Counted from the first letter of the stretch, positions 19,148-29,239 are shown. The stretch: DNA of 64,000 nucleotides from Gammaproteobacteria bacterium (GCA_029882215.1 JAOULC010000007.1:13546-77545); one strand, 5' to 3'. Numbers and translations are program-made. Notes: a model not told the origin generated them from the sequence alone.

Positions 19148-21142
19148 CTACCTCTTGTTTTTATTCAAAGCGGCCTCAAAATCTGCTGCAGCTCTATCAA
19201 ACTGTTTATCAAAATCTTGTGTATGACGATGACTGACACCCGCCAGCAGGATTCTTGTTTTGTCATCTTTCCGCTCAAGCCACAACCAGTAACGCGTAGG
19301 GTTAATATAGAACAGGAAAAACACACCAATCATCAGTAATACACAACCAAAGTAGACAATATCCTGTCCGGGAGACTTAGTGATTTGAATACCGGCCGCC
19401 TGAATGTGTTCAAATGAGCTCAGCTCAACGTACATCGGTGAGCCATAGTATGGCAGTGTGTTCAGGGCCTGTAATGCAATATCAAACCATGCCCAGTCAG
19501 CATTGTTGACAGACTTATGACCCTGTTCCGTCAACATAGTTTCATACACTGTGCCAACGACACTCTGTAATAATTTCAGATAAGTCTCGATGACAGCCTT
19601 TTGTTTATCTTCAGGCACCCTGGCTTTAACATCATTAACGACGGCTTCATAACCACCGGCTATAAATAACGATACCAGATTAAGCATCGAACCACTGATA
19701 TCCGCAGCTAATGCCTGGTCCTTTAGCAAGGCGGCTCCCATGGTTCTGCTTACCGTCTCAATGGCCGCTTTTTCGACCTGTGCCTGATCCGACAGTCTTG
19801 CTAATAACTGCATAAACTGTTCAACACCATTCTCTGAAACCGGTAAATGTAAATACTGAAAAGGCTGAGTCGGGTCGGATCGGACACCACTGAGATAGGT
19901 GGTGACACCTTCAGATGTCACCGGCACCATGTAATTAACAAATTCTTTAGCAACGCCGGATTCATCTCTTAACTTGAAGGTAATACTTGGACCGATATTA
20001 GTCTGCTTAGTCGAACCATCCGGCTGCATAACCCCGTTAATATTAAACAGGCGGAAATCATTCATTTCCACACTCAAGGTTTCGTTGCTGGCGATTATTT
20101 TAAAATCATCAAAGATAGCGGTTTTTTTATTTAGCACCGTACCGGCTTTGTCTCTGACCGACCATAAATTGAGGTCAAGTTTTGTTCCGCCATCCGCAAA
20201 GCTGGCCTGATACAGCGCAAAGCCTCTGTAAATAAACGGATGATTAACGGCGATCGTCGCCTCAATCGGCTTTTCCAGCACATCGTCATGAATAATCAGG
20301 TCACTTTCAAATGACTTCGGGGCACCGGTTGAATAGTGCTCGACTCTGAAATCTTTTAATTCAATCGCAAACGGTAGTTCCTGTACCACATAACCATCAC
20401 GTATATTCAGAAATACAATGTTAGCCTTACCGCCTTCCGGTATTTGTACATTACCGCGAAATGACGCATTGCTCGGTGCAATACGGCTAATATCCGGTAC
20501 TTCTGAGGCTGATATATTCCGAGTTTCCGGCTTCAGATTACCGGACCACTCTGCCACCATCATTGGAATCTTGCTATCGAACAGCGCCCCCACACAGATT
20601 ATGATCACGCCCATATGGGTCAGGATATAACCCCAGCGATTAATACCGCCTTTTTTTGCGGCAATTAACTCATAACCCTCACCCGCCGACGTTCTTGATT
20701 TCATGCCAAGAAAATGAAAGAAGTTCGAGCCCATCGCCATAACATCCGCGACGCTATGTTCTGTTTGCCAATGTTGCTGATGTTTGAAGGTTTGTAATGA
20801 CTTTAACTGCACATTGGTACGAAAGCGTCTGGCTTCACGTAAAAAAACCGGTGCATTACGGTAAACACAAACCGAAGTCGATAAAATAAGGAAGGCCAGA
20901 ATAGACAGAAACCAGATCGCGGCATAGACATCGTATAAGGCTATTTTTTCAAAAAACTCGAACCAGAAAGGACCAAACTTTAAAATATAATCATTATAAC
21001 TCTGGTTCTGCTGCAGCACTGTTCCAATGACCGAGGCTATGGCTAATGCTGCAAGCAAAGTAATGGCCAGCTCCATTGAACCGATAAATTCAATAAACCG
21101 TTTAGCCCTTGATTTTTTTAGGTTTTGTACAACTTCGGCCAC
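19148..21142 (-). CDS. ccsB: Cytochrome c biogenesis protein ResB/CcsB (System II)
   Basis: 664 aa. N-terminal TM segments are followed by a large periplasmic domain and a C-terminal TM. It lies immediately upstream of ccsA with a 2-nt gap. Confidence 0.8.
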   Translation of the reverse strand: MAEVVQNLKKSRAKRFIEFIGSMELAITLLAALAIASVIGTVLQQNQSYNDYILKFGPFWFEFFEKIALYDVYAAIWFLSILAFLILSTSVCVYRNAPVFLREARRFRTNVQLKSLQTFKHQQHWQTEHSVADVMAMGSNFFHFLGMKSRTSAGEGYELIAAKKGGINRWGYILTHMGVIIICVGALFDSKIPMMVAEWSGNLKPETRNISASEVPDISRIAPSNASFRGNVQIPEGGKANIVFLNIRDGYVVQELPFAIELKDFRVEHYSTGAPKSFESDLIIHDDVLEKPIEATIAVNHPFIYRGFALYQASFADGGTKLDLNLWSVRDKAGTVLNKKTAIFDDFKIIASNETLSVEMNDFRLFNINGVMQPDGSTKQTNIGPSITFKLRDESGVAKEFVNYMVPVTSEGVTTYLSGVRSDPTQPFQYLHLPVSENGVEQFMQLLARLSDQAQVEKAAIETVSRTMGAALLKDQALAADISGSMLNLVSLFIAGGYEAVVNDVKARVPEDKQKAVIETYLKLLQSVVGTVYETMLTEQGHKSVNNADWAWFDIALQALNTLPYYGSPMYVELSSFEHIQAAGIQITKSPGQDIVYFGCVLLMIGVFFLFYINPTRYWLWLERKDDKTRILLAGVSHRHTQDFDKQFDRAAADFEAALNKNKR

Positions 21143-21253
21143 ACTATTAACCTTACTTCAAAACATTACGAGGCCGCATTATGCCATACACTGTTATCTT
21201 TATATCCATAATCTGACCACATCTCTCGTATAAAATTCGAACATAAAAAAAAG

Positions 21254-21276
21254 GGTGGCCAAAGCCACCCTTTTTT
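21254..21276 (-). terminator. Rho-independent terminator after the cytochrome c4 gene (bidirectional A/T-flanked hairpin)
   Basis: gggtggc / caaa / gccaccc with A8 upstream and T6 downstream. Confidence 0.8.
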
Positions 21277-21295
21277 AAAACGCTATTGCTTCGAC

Positions 21296-21907
21296 TTATT
21301 TAAGACCGGCAATAAACTGAGCTACTGCTTCAATCTCTTCATTGGTCATACGCAGCGCGACATTACGCATCATCTTTCCGGCATCGTTTTTACGATTATT
21401 ATCACGGAAGTCACGCAGCTGCTTTGCCGTATACTTGGCATGCTGACCTTTCAGAGAAGGGAACTTTGCGCCCGGGTTACCTGCACCGCTTGGAGAGTGG
21501 CAACCCATACATGCTGGTACACCTGAAGAGATGTTGCCACCACGGTATATGGCTTTACCTAAAGCCACCTGTTTTTCATCAGCCATGCCCGCTTTACCGG
21601 TTTGTGACGCGTAAAAGGCTGCCAGATCTTCCATATCTTGTGCCGATAAGGCAGCAACCATACCCAACATTGTTGGATCATTACGATGTGTTGCGGCTTT
21701 AAAGTCAGCCATTTGCTTCACAAGATAATCAGCGTGCTGGCCAGCCAGGCTTGGAAAAGCATCCGCAGGTGAATTACCGTCTGCACCATGACAGCCCATG
21801 CACATAGCCGACTTGTCTTTACCAGCTGCTGCATTACCAGCAGCAAATACAGAAACGTTAGAACCTAATAACGCGCATAATGCAGCAATTAATAACTTAG
21901 TTTTCAT
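21296..21907 (-). CDS. cc4: Dihaem cytochrome c4
   Basis: Signal peptide plus two CxxCH motifs (CMGCHG and CMGCHS), each followed by a Met ligand region. Confidence 0.9.
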   Translation of the reverse strand: MKTKLLIAALCALLGSNVSVFAAGNAAAGKDKSAMCMGCHGADGNSPADAFPSLAGQHADYLVKQMADFKAATHRNDPTMLGMVAALSAQDMEDLAAFYASQTGKAGMADEKQVALGKAIYRGGNISSGVPACMGCHSPSGAGNPGAKFPSLKGQHAKYTAKQLRDFRDNNRKNDAGKMMRNVALRMTNEEIEAVAQFIAGLK

Positions 21908-22084
21908 TCTCTACTCTCCGACAGGATGAAAATTCACCTTACATTCTATAAGGTGCAGAAAAATTTGTGCGGCGAGTTTACACCACCGCAGCGCTGGCAT
22001 CAAAGATATTTGCCCATAAATTAGTATATATTGATAAAGCAATAGATCTTCGCTAATAAAACCAAACCTTAGTATAATTCCCGT

Positions 22085-22705
22085 ATGAATACATATTACA
22101 AACGTCTGCGCTTTTTAATAAGCGCTGCTGCAAAAACACAATTTCCTGACACCGATACCGTTGAAATAGCCTTTGCCGGTCGTTCAAATGCAGGAAAATC
22201 CAGTGCAATCAACACCATAGCCGACAATAAAACCATCGCCCGCACCAGTAAAACACCCGGGCGTACACAGCTGATTAATTTTTTCTCGCTCGATGACACC
22301 CGCTTACTGGTTGATTTGCCAGGCTATGGCTTCGCTAAAGTCCCGCCCGCTGTTAAGGCACAGTGGCTGGCGCTGATGGAAAGCTACCTCACAGCACGAC
22401 CCAATATTGCTGGTCTGGTCATCATTATGGACATCCGCCACCCGCTGAAAGATTTTGACTGGAAAATGCTTGAATGGTGTGAACATTACAAAATTAAAGC
22501 CCATGTCTTACTGACTAAGGCCGATAAACTAAAAAAAGGCCCGGCAAAATCCACCATGCTACAGGTTGCCAAACAAATTAAAGAAGCCGGACTTGAAGCC
22601 AGTGTGCAGCTTTTTTCCGCATTAAAAAAAGAAGGCGTTAGTGAAGCCCACCAAAAGCTGGATCAGTGGCTGGGATTGAACACCTCAGCTAATACTCTGG
22701 ATTAA
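22085..22705 (+). CDS. engB: Ribosome biogenesis GTP-binding protein EngB/YihA
   Basis: G1 motif GRSNAGKSS with G3/G4 motifs present. It is divergent from cc4, as in pseudomonads. Confidence 0.9.
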   Translation: MNTYYKRLRFLISAAAKTQFPDTDTVEIAFAGRSNAGKSSAINTIADNKTIARTSKTPGRTQLINFFSLDDTRLLVDLPGYGFAKVPPAVKAQWLALMESYLTARPNIAGLVIIMDIRHPLKDFDWKMLEWCEHYKIKAHVLLTKADKLKKGPAKSTMLQVAKQIKEAGLEASVQLFSALKKEGVSEAHQKLDQWLGLNTSANTLD

Positions 22706-23762
22706 CTTCCAGCAAGGTCACAATGCAATTTCGGCCTTGCTCTTTGCCTTTATACAATAGCTGGTCAGCCTGTCTTAGCACACCCTCTATACTCTGCCGA
22801 CCATCCAACAGTGCCATACCAAATGTCATGGTCACCGGGATCTGCTCCTTATTGTGTTTGAAGGTATGTGTCGCAACCACCTCCCTTAACATCTCTATGA
22901 CCTGCCTCGCTCCGGCTACATCTGTCTCTGGTAATAACATGGTAAATTCTTCACCACCCCAGCGTGATAAAATATCCTGTTGGCGTAAAACCGAGCGCAT
23001 CAGTGCTGATATTTCTTTCAGCACATAATCACCACTATCATGGCCGTATCGGTCATTAACGGTTTTGAATAAATCAATATCGGATATAACCAATACACTG
23101 GTCTTAGCACTACGCTGCAGACGAACCTGTTCCAGCTCTATCATTTCCTGCATTTTGCGGCGGTTATATAACCCGGTTAAAGAGTCCCTTATCGCCAACT
23201 GCTCCATCTCCCATTCGGCCCTGACAGAAGAGCTTCTTAAGCCATAACCCAGCAGACCAATGGCTAAAAAGTTCACCGCAATATTTAAAAACTGAAAGCT
23301 TTCAATAACATCACTGTCAACGACAATTTGATAAGCTGCTCCGCTGGTGTTTATTAATAACCATAAATACACACAAAAGACCGTAAATACCTGCGCCCAT
23401 AGCATTAATAGAGATTGCTTGTGGTTAATAAAGACAAAAAGCACAAATGGCATAAAGTAATAATGAAAACCACTATCCCAACCCAGAAAATAGGTTGCGA
23501 CTATGGCATGAGAAAACACCTCAATCGAAACAAGAAGTACCGCCTCCACATGGCGCCCGTGTCGATTTAAAAGGTAAGCCGCCAGCCAGGCAGAAACGCT
23601 AAAAACATTAAAAATCGCAAGAAAATTTAGATTAATCCATAAGAACAGGGTGATAAACAACAAATGGGCCAAAAAACCAACATACGATACGAAATTAAGC
23701 ACAACAAACAGCCTATAATTCTCCCTCTCTACGTGCTCAGAAAATATAGTAGCTGCTTTCAT
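22689..23762 (-). CDS. Membrane-anchored diguanylate cyclase (6-7 TM N-terminal domain plus GGDEF, GGEEF site)
   Basis: RWGGEEF and KTVNDRYGH motifs. The hydrophobic N-terminal half is membrane-embedded. Its 3' end overlaps the engB 3' end by 17 nt (convergent). Confidence 0.85.
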   Translation of the reverse strand: MKAATIFSEHVERENYRLFVVLNFVSYVGFLAHLLFITLFLWINLNFLAIFNVFSVSAWLAAYLLNRHGRHVEAVLLVSIEVFSHAIVATYFLGWDSGFHYYFMPFVLFVFINHKQSLLMLWAQVFTVFCVYLWLLINTSGAAYQIVVDSDVIESFQFLNIAVNFLAIGLLGYGLRSSSVRAEWEMEQLAIRDSLTGLYNRRKMQEMIELEQVRLQRSAKTSVLVISDIDLFKTVNDRYGHDSGDYVLKEISALMRSVLRQQDILSRWGGEEFTMLLPETDVAGARQVIEMLREVVATHTFKHNKEQIPVTMTFGMALLDGRQSIEGVLRQADQLLYKGKEQGRNCIVTLLEVNPEY

Positions 23763-24144
23763 ATCGCTAAAACCCTCTCCCTAGATGCACAAAATCAATC
23801 CGCTTTATCTCTTTATAGTCATAAAGCCAAATAAAAACACAAAACCTATTGTATTTTTATAACCGCTCAAGTAATCTTTAGCACAGCTCAGGGAGCAAAT
23901 TAGAACAGGGGTTACTCTAAACTGGTAAACAATAACCAGAGAATTCCCCCCTGATCCTGCCTTCTCCTCTTAATGAGGAGAGGGTCATCTTTTTCCCGGC
24001 CGCTACTCACTTCTGTACTCTCCCGGCGACTCATACACTTTGTATTAATTTTGTCCACAGACTTTTGAAGCCCTCGGTTGCTCACACGCTTTTCATATAA
24101 TGACTATACTGAAGTTTTAATTGGTCACGGAAGAAATTTCAGGC

Positions 24145-24290
24145 AAAAAAAAGCCTCGGCCTTTGGGGTTGGCCGAGGTCAAGTAAGGGCCGGTTTGGGG
24201 AAACCAGACCCAATTTGTCCGCTCAGGGAGATGAACGGACTGCGCTGGGCTACAGCGCTGCTACAAAAGAAATCATAAAATGACTTACTG
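24145..24290 (-). ncRNA. Candidate small RNA or structured 3'-UTR element downstream of polA, ending in a strong intrinsic terminator
   Basis: Seen in sequence, minus strand: a putative sigma70 promoter (TTGACT, 16-bp spacer, TTTAAT) at about 24323-24296. It is followed by three successive stem-loops (agcgctg…cagcgc; gtccg…cggac; ggttt…aaacc) and a GC-rich 8-bp hairpin with U8 at 24179-24145. No ORF is present. The region has no obvious similarity to enterobacterial Spot 42, although the locus (polA-downstream) is syntenic with spf. Confidence 0.3.
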
Positions 24291-24429
24291 ACCTAATTAA
24301 AGACTATGACTAGCCTAAGTCAAAAGAGTTCCGATGAAAGGCAACATTCATTACATTGTTGTAACAATTGCAGCATTTTTCTTACAAAAAAGCCTCATTT
24401 AAAGTAAAAAGCACTTAAGTTTAACGGCT

Positions 24430-27174
24430 TTAATGTGCCTCATCCCAGTTTTTACCGGTATCGACTGAAACGATTAAGGGCACGGTCAGCTCGGCGGCTG
24501 ACTGCATTTTTTCAGTCACCATCGCGCTAAAATCGGCTAACTGACTGGTTACCACTTCAAACACCAGCTCATCGTGCACCTGCATAACCATTAGCGCGTC
24601 AAAGTCGCTTTTTTGCATCTGCTGATCAACCGCAATCATTGCACGTTTAATTATATCAGCCGCTGTACCCTGCATTGGTGCATTGATGGCCGTGCGCTCG
24701 GCATATTGACGACGCATGCCATTTCGGGAATTAATTTCCGGCAGATATAAACGACGACCAAACACCGTTTCAACATACCCATCATCATGTGCCTTGGCAC
24801 GGGTTTTATCCATATAAGCCTTAACACCCGGATAGCGATCAAAGTACACATCGATATAATCCTGCGCATCAAAGCGTGTAATACCGAGTTGTTTTGCCAA
24901 CCCAAATGCGCTCATGCCATAGATCAGGCCGAAGTTAATCGCCTTGGCGGCGCGGCGCTCTTCAGTGCCCACCTTATCTAACTCCAGACCAAAAACTTCT
25001 GCCGCGGTTGCACTGTGTACGTCAATATCATTTGAAAAGGCATGCAACAGACCTTCATCGGCTGACAAATGCGCCATGATACGTAATTCGATTTGTGAGT
25101 AATCAGCAGCCAGCATGATGCGACCGGTCTCTGGAATAAAGGCCTGACGAATTCGGCGGCCTTCAGCGCTGCGAATCGGAATATTTTGTAAGTTTGGATC
25201 CGAAGACGATAAACGCCCGGTTGCTGCCACCGCCTGATGGTATGACGTGTGTACACGTGCGGAATCGGCATCCACCATTTTAGGCAGCTTATCGGTATAA
25301 GTTGATTTGAGCTTTGATAATGAGCGTGTTTCTAATAATAGCTTCGGTAATTCATATTCTTCTGCCAGTTCCTGCAGTACATCTTCGGCCGTAGAAGGCT
25401 GACCTTTCGGTGTCTTACGGATAACCGGGATTTGCATTTTCTCGAACAGAATGTGCTGAATTTGTTTTGGTGACGCAAGGTTAAATTCTTCACCGGCCAC
25501 TTCATAAGCTTTTTCTTCCAGTGCCTTGATGCTAATGGCCAGCTCTTCGCTTTGCGCATTCAGCATAGCAACATCCACTTTCACGCCGATGTGCTCCATT
25601 CTTTGTAATACATCGAGCAGCGGCATCTCTATCTCACGATAGACTTTTTGCAGGCTGGCTTCTGCTGTCAGTTTTGCCTGTAACACCTGATGCAGGCGCA
25701 AAGTGATATCGGCATCTTCGGCAGCATATGGCCCGGCCTGCTCTAAAGGGACTTTATCGAAAGTGATTTGTTTTGCACCTTTGCCGGCTACGTCTTCAAA
25801 ATGAATAGTGGTCACCCCCAGATATTTTTGCGCCAGCGTATCCATATCATGGCGTGAGGTAGAATCCACCACATAAGATTCCAGCATGCTGTCATCGCTG
25901 ATGCCTTGCATGACGATGCCGTGGTTCATCAAAACGTGTTTATCGTATTTCAGGTTCTGACCGATCTTACCTTTGTTCGGGTCTTCCAATAAGGGTTTTA
26001 ATGCACCCAGTACCTGCTCTTCTGTCAACTGCTCTGGTGCGCCCTCATAAACATGAGCAAACGGCACATAAGCGGCTTTAAAGGCTTCCACGGCGAAGGA
26101 GACACCGACCACCCGAGCCTGCATGTATTCGAGACTGGTGGTTTCGGTATCAAACACAAAACTCTCAGCCATGTTGAGTTTTTCCAGCCAACTTTCAAAT
26201 TGTGCCAGCTCCAGCACGGTTTCATATTCAACATCGGCGCTAACTGCTACGACATGGTCAGTTGTATCTGCCTCATCATTGGACCCTTCACTGAGCTGAC
26301 GTAACCAGCTGTTAAATTCCAGTTCGCTGTACAGTTCTTTTAAACGCTCATTATCCGGCTGATGCAGTGCCAGCTCATCCAGTCCCAGTTCCAGCTCTAG
26401 ATTACAGTCGATGGTGGCCAGTTCATATGACAACGGTAAATGCGCCAGACTGTCGCGTAAGTTTTCCCCGATCTTGCCTTTAAACTTGTCGGCATTATCC
26501 ATGATCGCCTGCAATGAGCCATATTCCTTCAGCCACTTGGCAGCGGTTTTTGGGCCTACTTTCGGTACCCCGGGAATGTTGTCAACGGTGTCACCAATCA
26601 GCGCCAGATAATCAATGATCTGGTCGGCATTAACATCAAACTTTGTTACCACACCGGCCGGATCCATCAGGCTATTATTCATGGTATTAATCAGCGTTAC
26701 ATGCTCACTGGACAGCTGCGCCATGTCTTTATCACCGGTTGAAATCAGCATCTCTGAACCGGCATCGGTGGCTTTTTTTGCCAGCGTACCGATCACGTCA
26801 TCGGCCTCCACGCCATCAACAACCAGCATCGGAAAACCCAGCGCCTCGACCAGCTCATGCAATGGCTCGATCTGTTCTCTCAAATCATCCGGCATTGGCG
26901 GGCGATTGGCTTTGTAGTCCTGATACAAGTCATGGCGAAAGGTTTTGCCCTTGGCATCAAAAATCACCGCCATCGATTGCGGCTGATAATCGGCCTGCAA
27001 TTTTTTCAGCATATTAACCACGCCATAAACTGCACCGGTCGGCCTCCCCTTGCTATTAGTCAGCGGCGGCATTGCATGAAAGGCGCGGAATAAATAAGAA
27101 GATCCGTCGACCAGAATAATAGGTGGCTTTGCTTTGTTGCTGGATTTGGGGGCCATGAGTTGTGTATAGTCCAA
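24430..27174 (-). CDS. polA: DNA polymerase I
   Basis: Collinear with E. coli PolA across the 5'-3' exonuclease (ILVDGSSYLFRAFHA), 3'-5' exonuclease and polymerase domains (…RRAAKAINFGLIYGMSAFGL…QVHDELVFE). An alternative start at MAPK (27156) is possible. Confidence 0.95.
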   Translation of the reverse strand: MDYTQLMAPKSSNKAKPPIILVDGSSYLFRAFHAMPPLTNSKGRPTGAVYGVVNMLKKLQADYQPQSMAVIFDAKGKTFRHDLYQDYKANRPPMPDDLREQIEPLHELVEALGFPMLVVDGVEADDVIGTLAKKATDAGSEMLISTGDKDMAQLSSEHVTLINTMNNSLMDPAGVVTKFDVNADQIIDYLALIGDTVDNIPGVPKVGPKTAAKWLKEYGSLQAIMDNADKFKGKIGENLRDSLAHLPLSYELATIDCNLELELGLDELALHQPDNERLKELYSELEFNSWLRQLSEGSNDEADTTDHVVAVSADVEYETVLELAQFESWLEKLNMAESFVFDTETTSLEYMQARVVGVSFAVEAFKAAYVPFAHVYEGAPEQLTEEQVLGALKPLLEDPNKGKIGQNLKYDKHVLMNHGIVMQGISDDSMLESYVVDSTSRHDMDTLAQKYLGVTTIHFEDVAGKGAKQITFDKVPLEQAGPYAAEDADITLRLHQVLQAKLTAEASLQKVYREIEMPLLDVLQRMEHIGVKVDVAMLNAQSEELAISIKALEEKAYEVAGEEFNLASPKQIQHILFEKMQIPVIRKTPKGQPSTAEDVLQELAEEYELPKLLLETRSLSKLKSTYTDKLPKMVDADSARVHTSYHQAVAATGRLSSSDPNLQNIPIRSAEGRRIRQAFIPETGRIMLAADYSQIELRIMAHLSADEGLLHAFSNDIDVHSATAAEVFGLELDKVGTEERRAAKAINFGLIYGMSAFGLAKQLGITRFDAQDYIDVYFDRYPGVKAYMDKTRAKAHDDGYVETVFGRRLYLPEINSRNGMRRQYAERTAINAPMQGTAADIIKRAMIAVDQQMQKSDFDALMVMQVHDELVFEVVTSQLADFSAMVTEKMQSAAELTVPLIVSVDTGKNWDEAH

Positions 27175-27231
27175 TTAAAGAGCCCGAATTATCTCAGAGG
27201 CGTTCACCGATATGAAGCACCAAGGCCATAT

Positions 27232-27957
27232 ATGAAGAAAACAAATCGTCCGGATTTACCCGATGCTCCTGTTAATGCCGACGGCACACTGATCCGTGAG
27301 TCATGGAAAGTGTTTCAGATCATGGCAGAGTTTGTTGAAGGCTTTGAACGCCTCGCTACCATCAAGCCATCGGTCAGCATTTTTGGTTCATCACGCACAC
27401 TGTCCGATCACCCTGATTACCTTAATGCTGAAATCATTGCCCGCAGCTTATCCGATGCCGGTTTCTCGATTGTCAGCGGCGGCGGTCCCGGTATTATGGA
27501 AGCGGCCAATAAAGGCGGTAAAGCCGGCAAGTCGCCCAGCATCGGCCTGAATATCATGCTACCAAAAGAGCAGATGCCGAATGACTATCAGGAAATTGAG
27601 CTTAATTTCCGCCATTTCTTCACCCGTAAAGTCATGTTTGTTAAATACGCATCGGCTTATGTGGTGTGCCCGGGTGGCTTTGGTACACTCGATGAAATGG
27701 CGGAAATACTGACACTGGTAGAAACAGGGAAATCCAGACACATACCCATTATTCTGGTTAATCGCGCCTTCTGGAGCGGCTTACTCGACTGGTTTGAAAA
27801 CACACTGGTTAGACAGGGCATGATAAATGCTGAAGACCTGAAGCTCATCTCGATCGCCGAAACAGCCGAAGAAGTACTTCAGATTATCTTTGATCATTAT
27901 GAAGACCGTGACTTTGAACCGTCGCTGCAGGAACAGGAAATACTTTTACAGCTTTAA
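27232..27957 (+). CDS. LOG-family (TIGR00730) Rossmann-fold nucleotide-binding protein (cytokinin riboside 5'-monophosphate phosphoribohydrolase-like)
   Basis: Motifs VSGGGPGIMEAANKG and PGGFGTLDE. The ORF-track start at 27160 is TTG and overlaps polA, so the ATG at 27232 (MKKTNRP) is preferred. Confidence 0.75.
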   Translation: MKKTNRPDLPDAPVNADGTLIRESWKVFQIMAEFVEGFERLATIKPSVSIFGSSRTLSDHPDYLNAEIIARSLSDAGFSIVSGGGPGIMEAANKGGKAGKSPSIGLNIMLPKEQMPNDYQEIELNFRHFFTRKVMFVKYASAYVVCPGGFGTLDEMAEILTLVETGKSRHIPIILVNRAFWSGLLDWFENTLVRQGMINAEDLKLISIAETAEEVLQIIFDHYEDRDFEPSLQEQEILLQL

Positions 27958-28011
27958 CATGTGCGGGCAGGCTGCTAAAATGACGCACTAATCAAATAAC
28001 AAGTTATTACC

Positions 28012-28977
28012 ATGTCGGTTTATACCACCATCGAACAAGACGAGCTGCGAACCTTTTTATTACGTTATGACGTAGGCGAGCTGGTCTCCTATCAGGGCAT
28101 CAGTGCTGGCATTGAAAACACCAACTACTTTGTCACCACCTGCCAAGATGGCCAGCAAAACGAATTTGTGCTGACCATTTTTGAAGCCCATGATGCTGAT
28201 GAGATGCCTTACTTTCTCGATCTGATGGCTCATCTCAACGAGCACAAAGTACCGAGCGCACACCCGATTATCGACAGACAGGGGCGTATGCTACAGAATT
28301 TAAAAAATAAACCCGCCGCATTAGTCCAGAGATTAAAAGGCAGCAGCATTACAGAAACCACTGCCGAACACTGCTGCAAACTTGGCGCTGCTCTGGGTGA
28401 CTTACACAGCGCCGGTTTGAGCTTTGATCAGCAGCAGGAAAACACCCGTGGCCCACACTGGTGGCATGAAACCACAAACTTGCTGGAAAACAAATTAAGC
28501 AGCGATGACCTTGCTGTGTTACACGAAGAAATGAAATTTCAGGAAACACAGAGCCATGCCGATATACCCCGCGGCTTGATTCATGCCGACCTGTTCAGAG
28601 ACAATGCCCTGTGGCACGATAACGAACTGAGCGGCATTATTGATCTTTATTTCGCCAGCACAGACGCGCTTTTATATGATGTAGCGGTCACGGTTAATGA
28701 CTGGTGCAGTAACCCCGATGGCAGCCTGAATTTTGAAAAAACAAGCAGCCTGCTAAAAGCCTACCATCAGCACAGGTCTTTTACTGAGACAGAAAAGTCA
28801 CTCTGGCCGGTAATGCTACGCGCTGCTGCACTGCGTTTCTGGCTATCGCGTTTATATGCGATTCATTTTCCGAAAGAAGGTGAAATGACACACCAGAAAG
28901 ATCCTCAGGAATTCAAAACCATTCTGTTACACCGCAGAAACGAAAGCAGCAAAATTCTCGACAACTGGGTGCCATAA
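28012..28977 (+). CDS. thrB: Homoserine kinase, APH-fold type (Pseudomonas-type ThrB)
   Basis: 321 aa with an aminoglycoside-phosphotransferase-like fold (HADLFRDN catalytic region). It sits downstream of polA as in pseudomonads. Confidence 0.8.
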   Translation: MSVYTTIEQDELRTFLLRYDVGELVSYQGISAGIENTNYFVTTCQDGQQNEFVLTIFEAHDADEMPYFLDLMAHLNEHKVPSAHPIIDRQGRMLQNLKNKPAALVQRLKGSSITETTAEHCCKLGAALGDLHSAGLSFDQQQENTRGPHWWHETTNLLENKLSSDDLAVLHEEMKFQETQSHADIPRGLIHADLFRDNALWHDNELSGIIDLYFASTDALLYDVAVTVNDWCSNPDGSLNFEKTSSLLKAYHQHRSFTETEKSLWPVMLRAAALRFWLSRLYAIHFPKEGEMTHQKDPQEFKTILLHRRNESSKILDNWVP

Positions 28978-29239
28978 AATACAGTAAGCTACCCAGAGCG
29001 GTCAGCCTGATTAAATACAAAATCTGCCTCTAATGACCGTAAAAATGCAGCAGCCAGAGCCACTCAGAAGGCAAGACTGAAGCACAGAGCAGTACGTTTA
29101 TAAAACTGTTGCCCTGTGCTAACAGTTGCGCAAGCGTTTAACATTGATTTTTTTATAACAGAAAAGTGTCTGTAACTTTTAACTTCTCAGCTTATATTTA
29201 CATACTGCGGAAAATAATGCCCGGCCCAGCAAAGACAGC

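Noticed and set aside
24145-24300. Possible Spot 42 (spf) homologue because of the polA-adjacent position
   Set aside because: Comparison to the recalled E. coli Spot 42 sequence shows no convincing primary-sequence similarity. The element is kept only as a generic candidate sRNA or 3'-UTR element.
24651-27093. Multiple 60-100-aa ORFs on both strands inside polA, and similar nested ORFs inside uvrD, hslU, the PAS-GGDEF-EAL gene and resB
   Set aside because: They are all embedded within long, well-conserved CDSs and lack conserved motifs. They are typical spurious alternative-frame ORFs.
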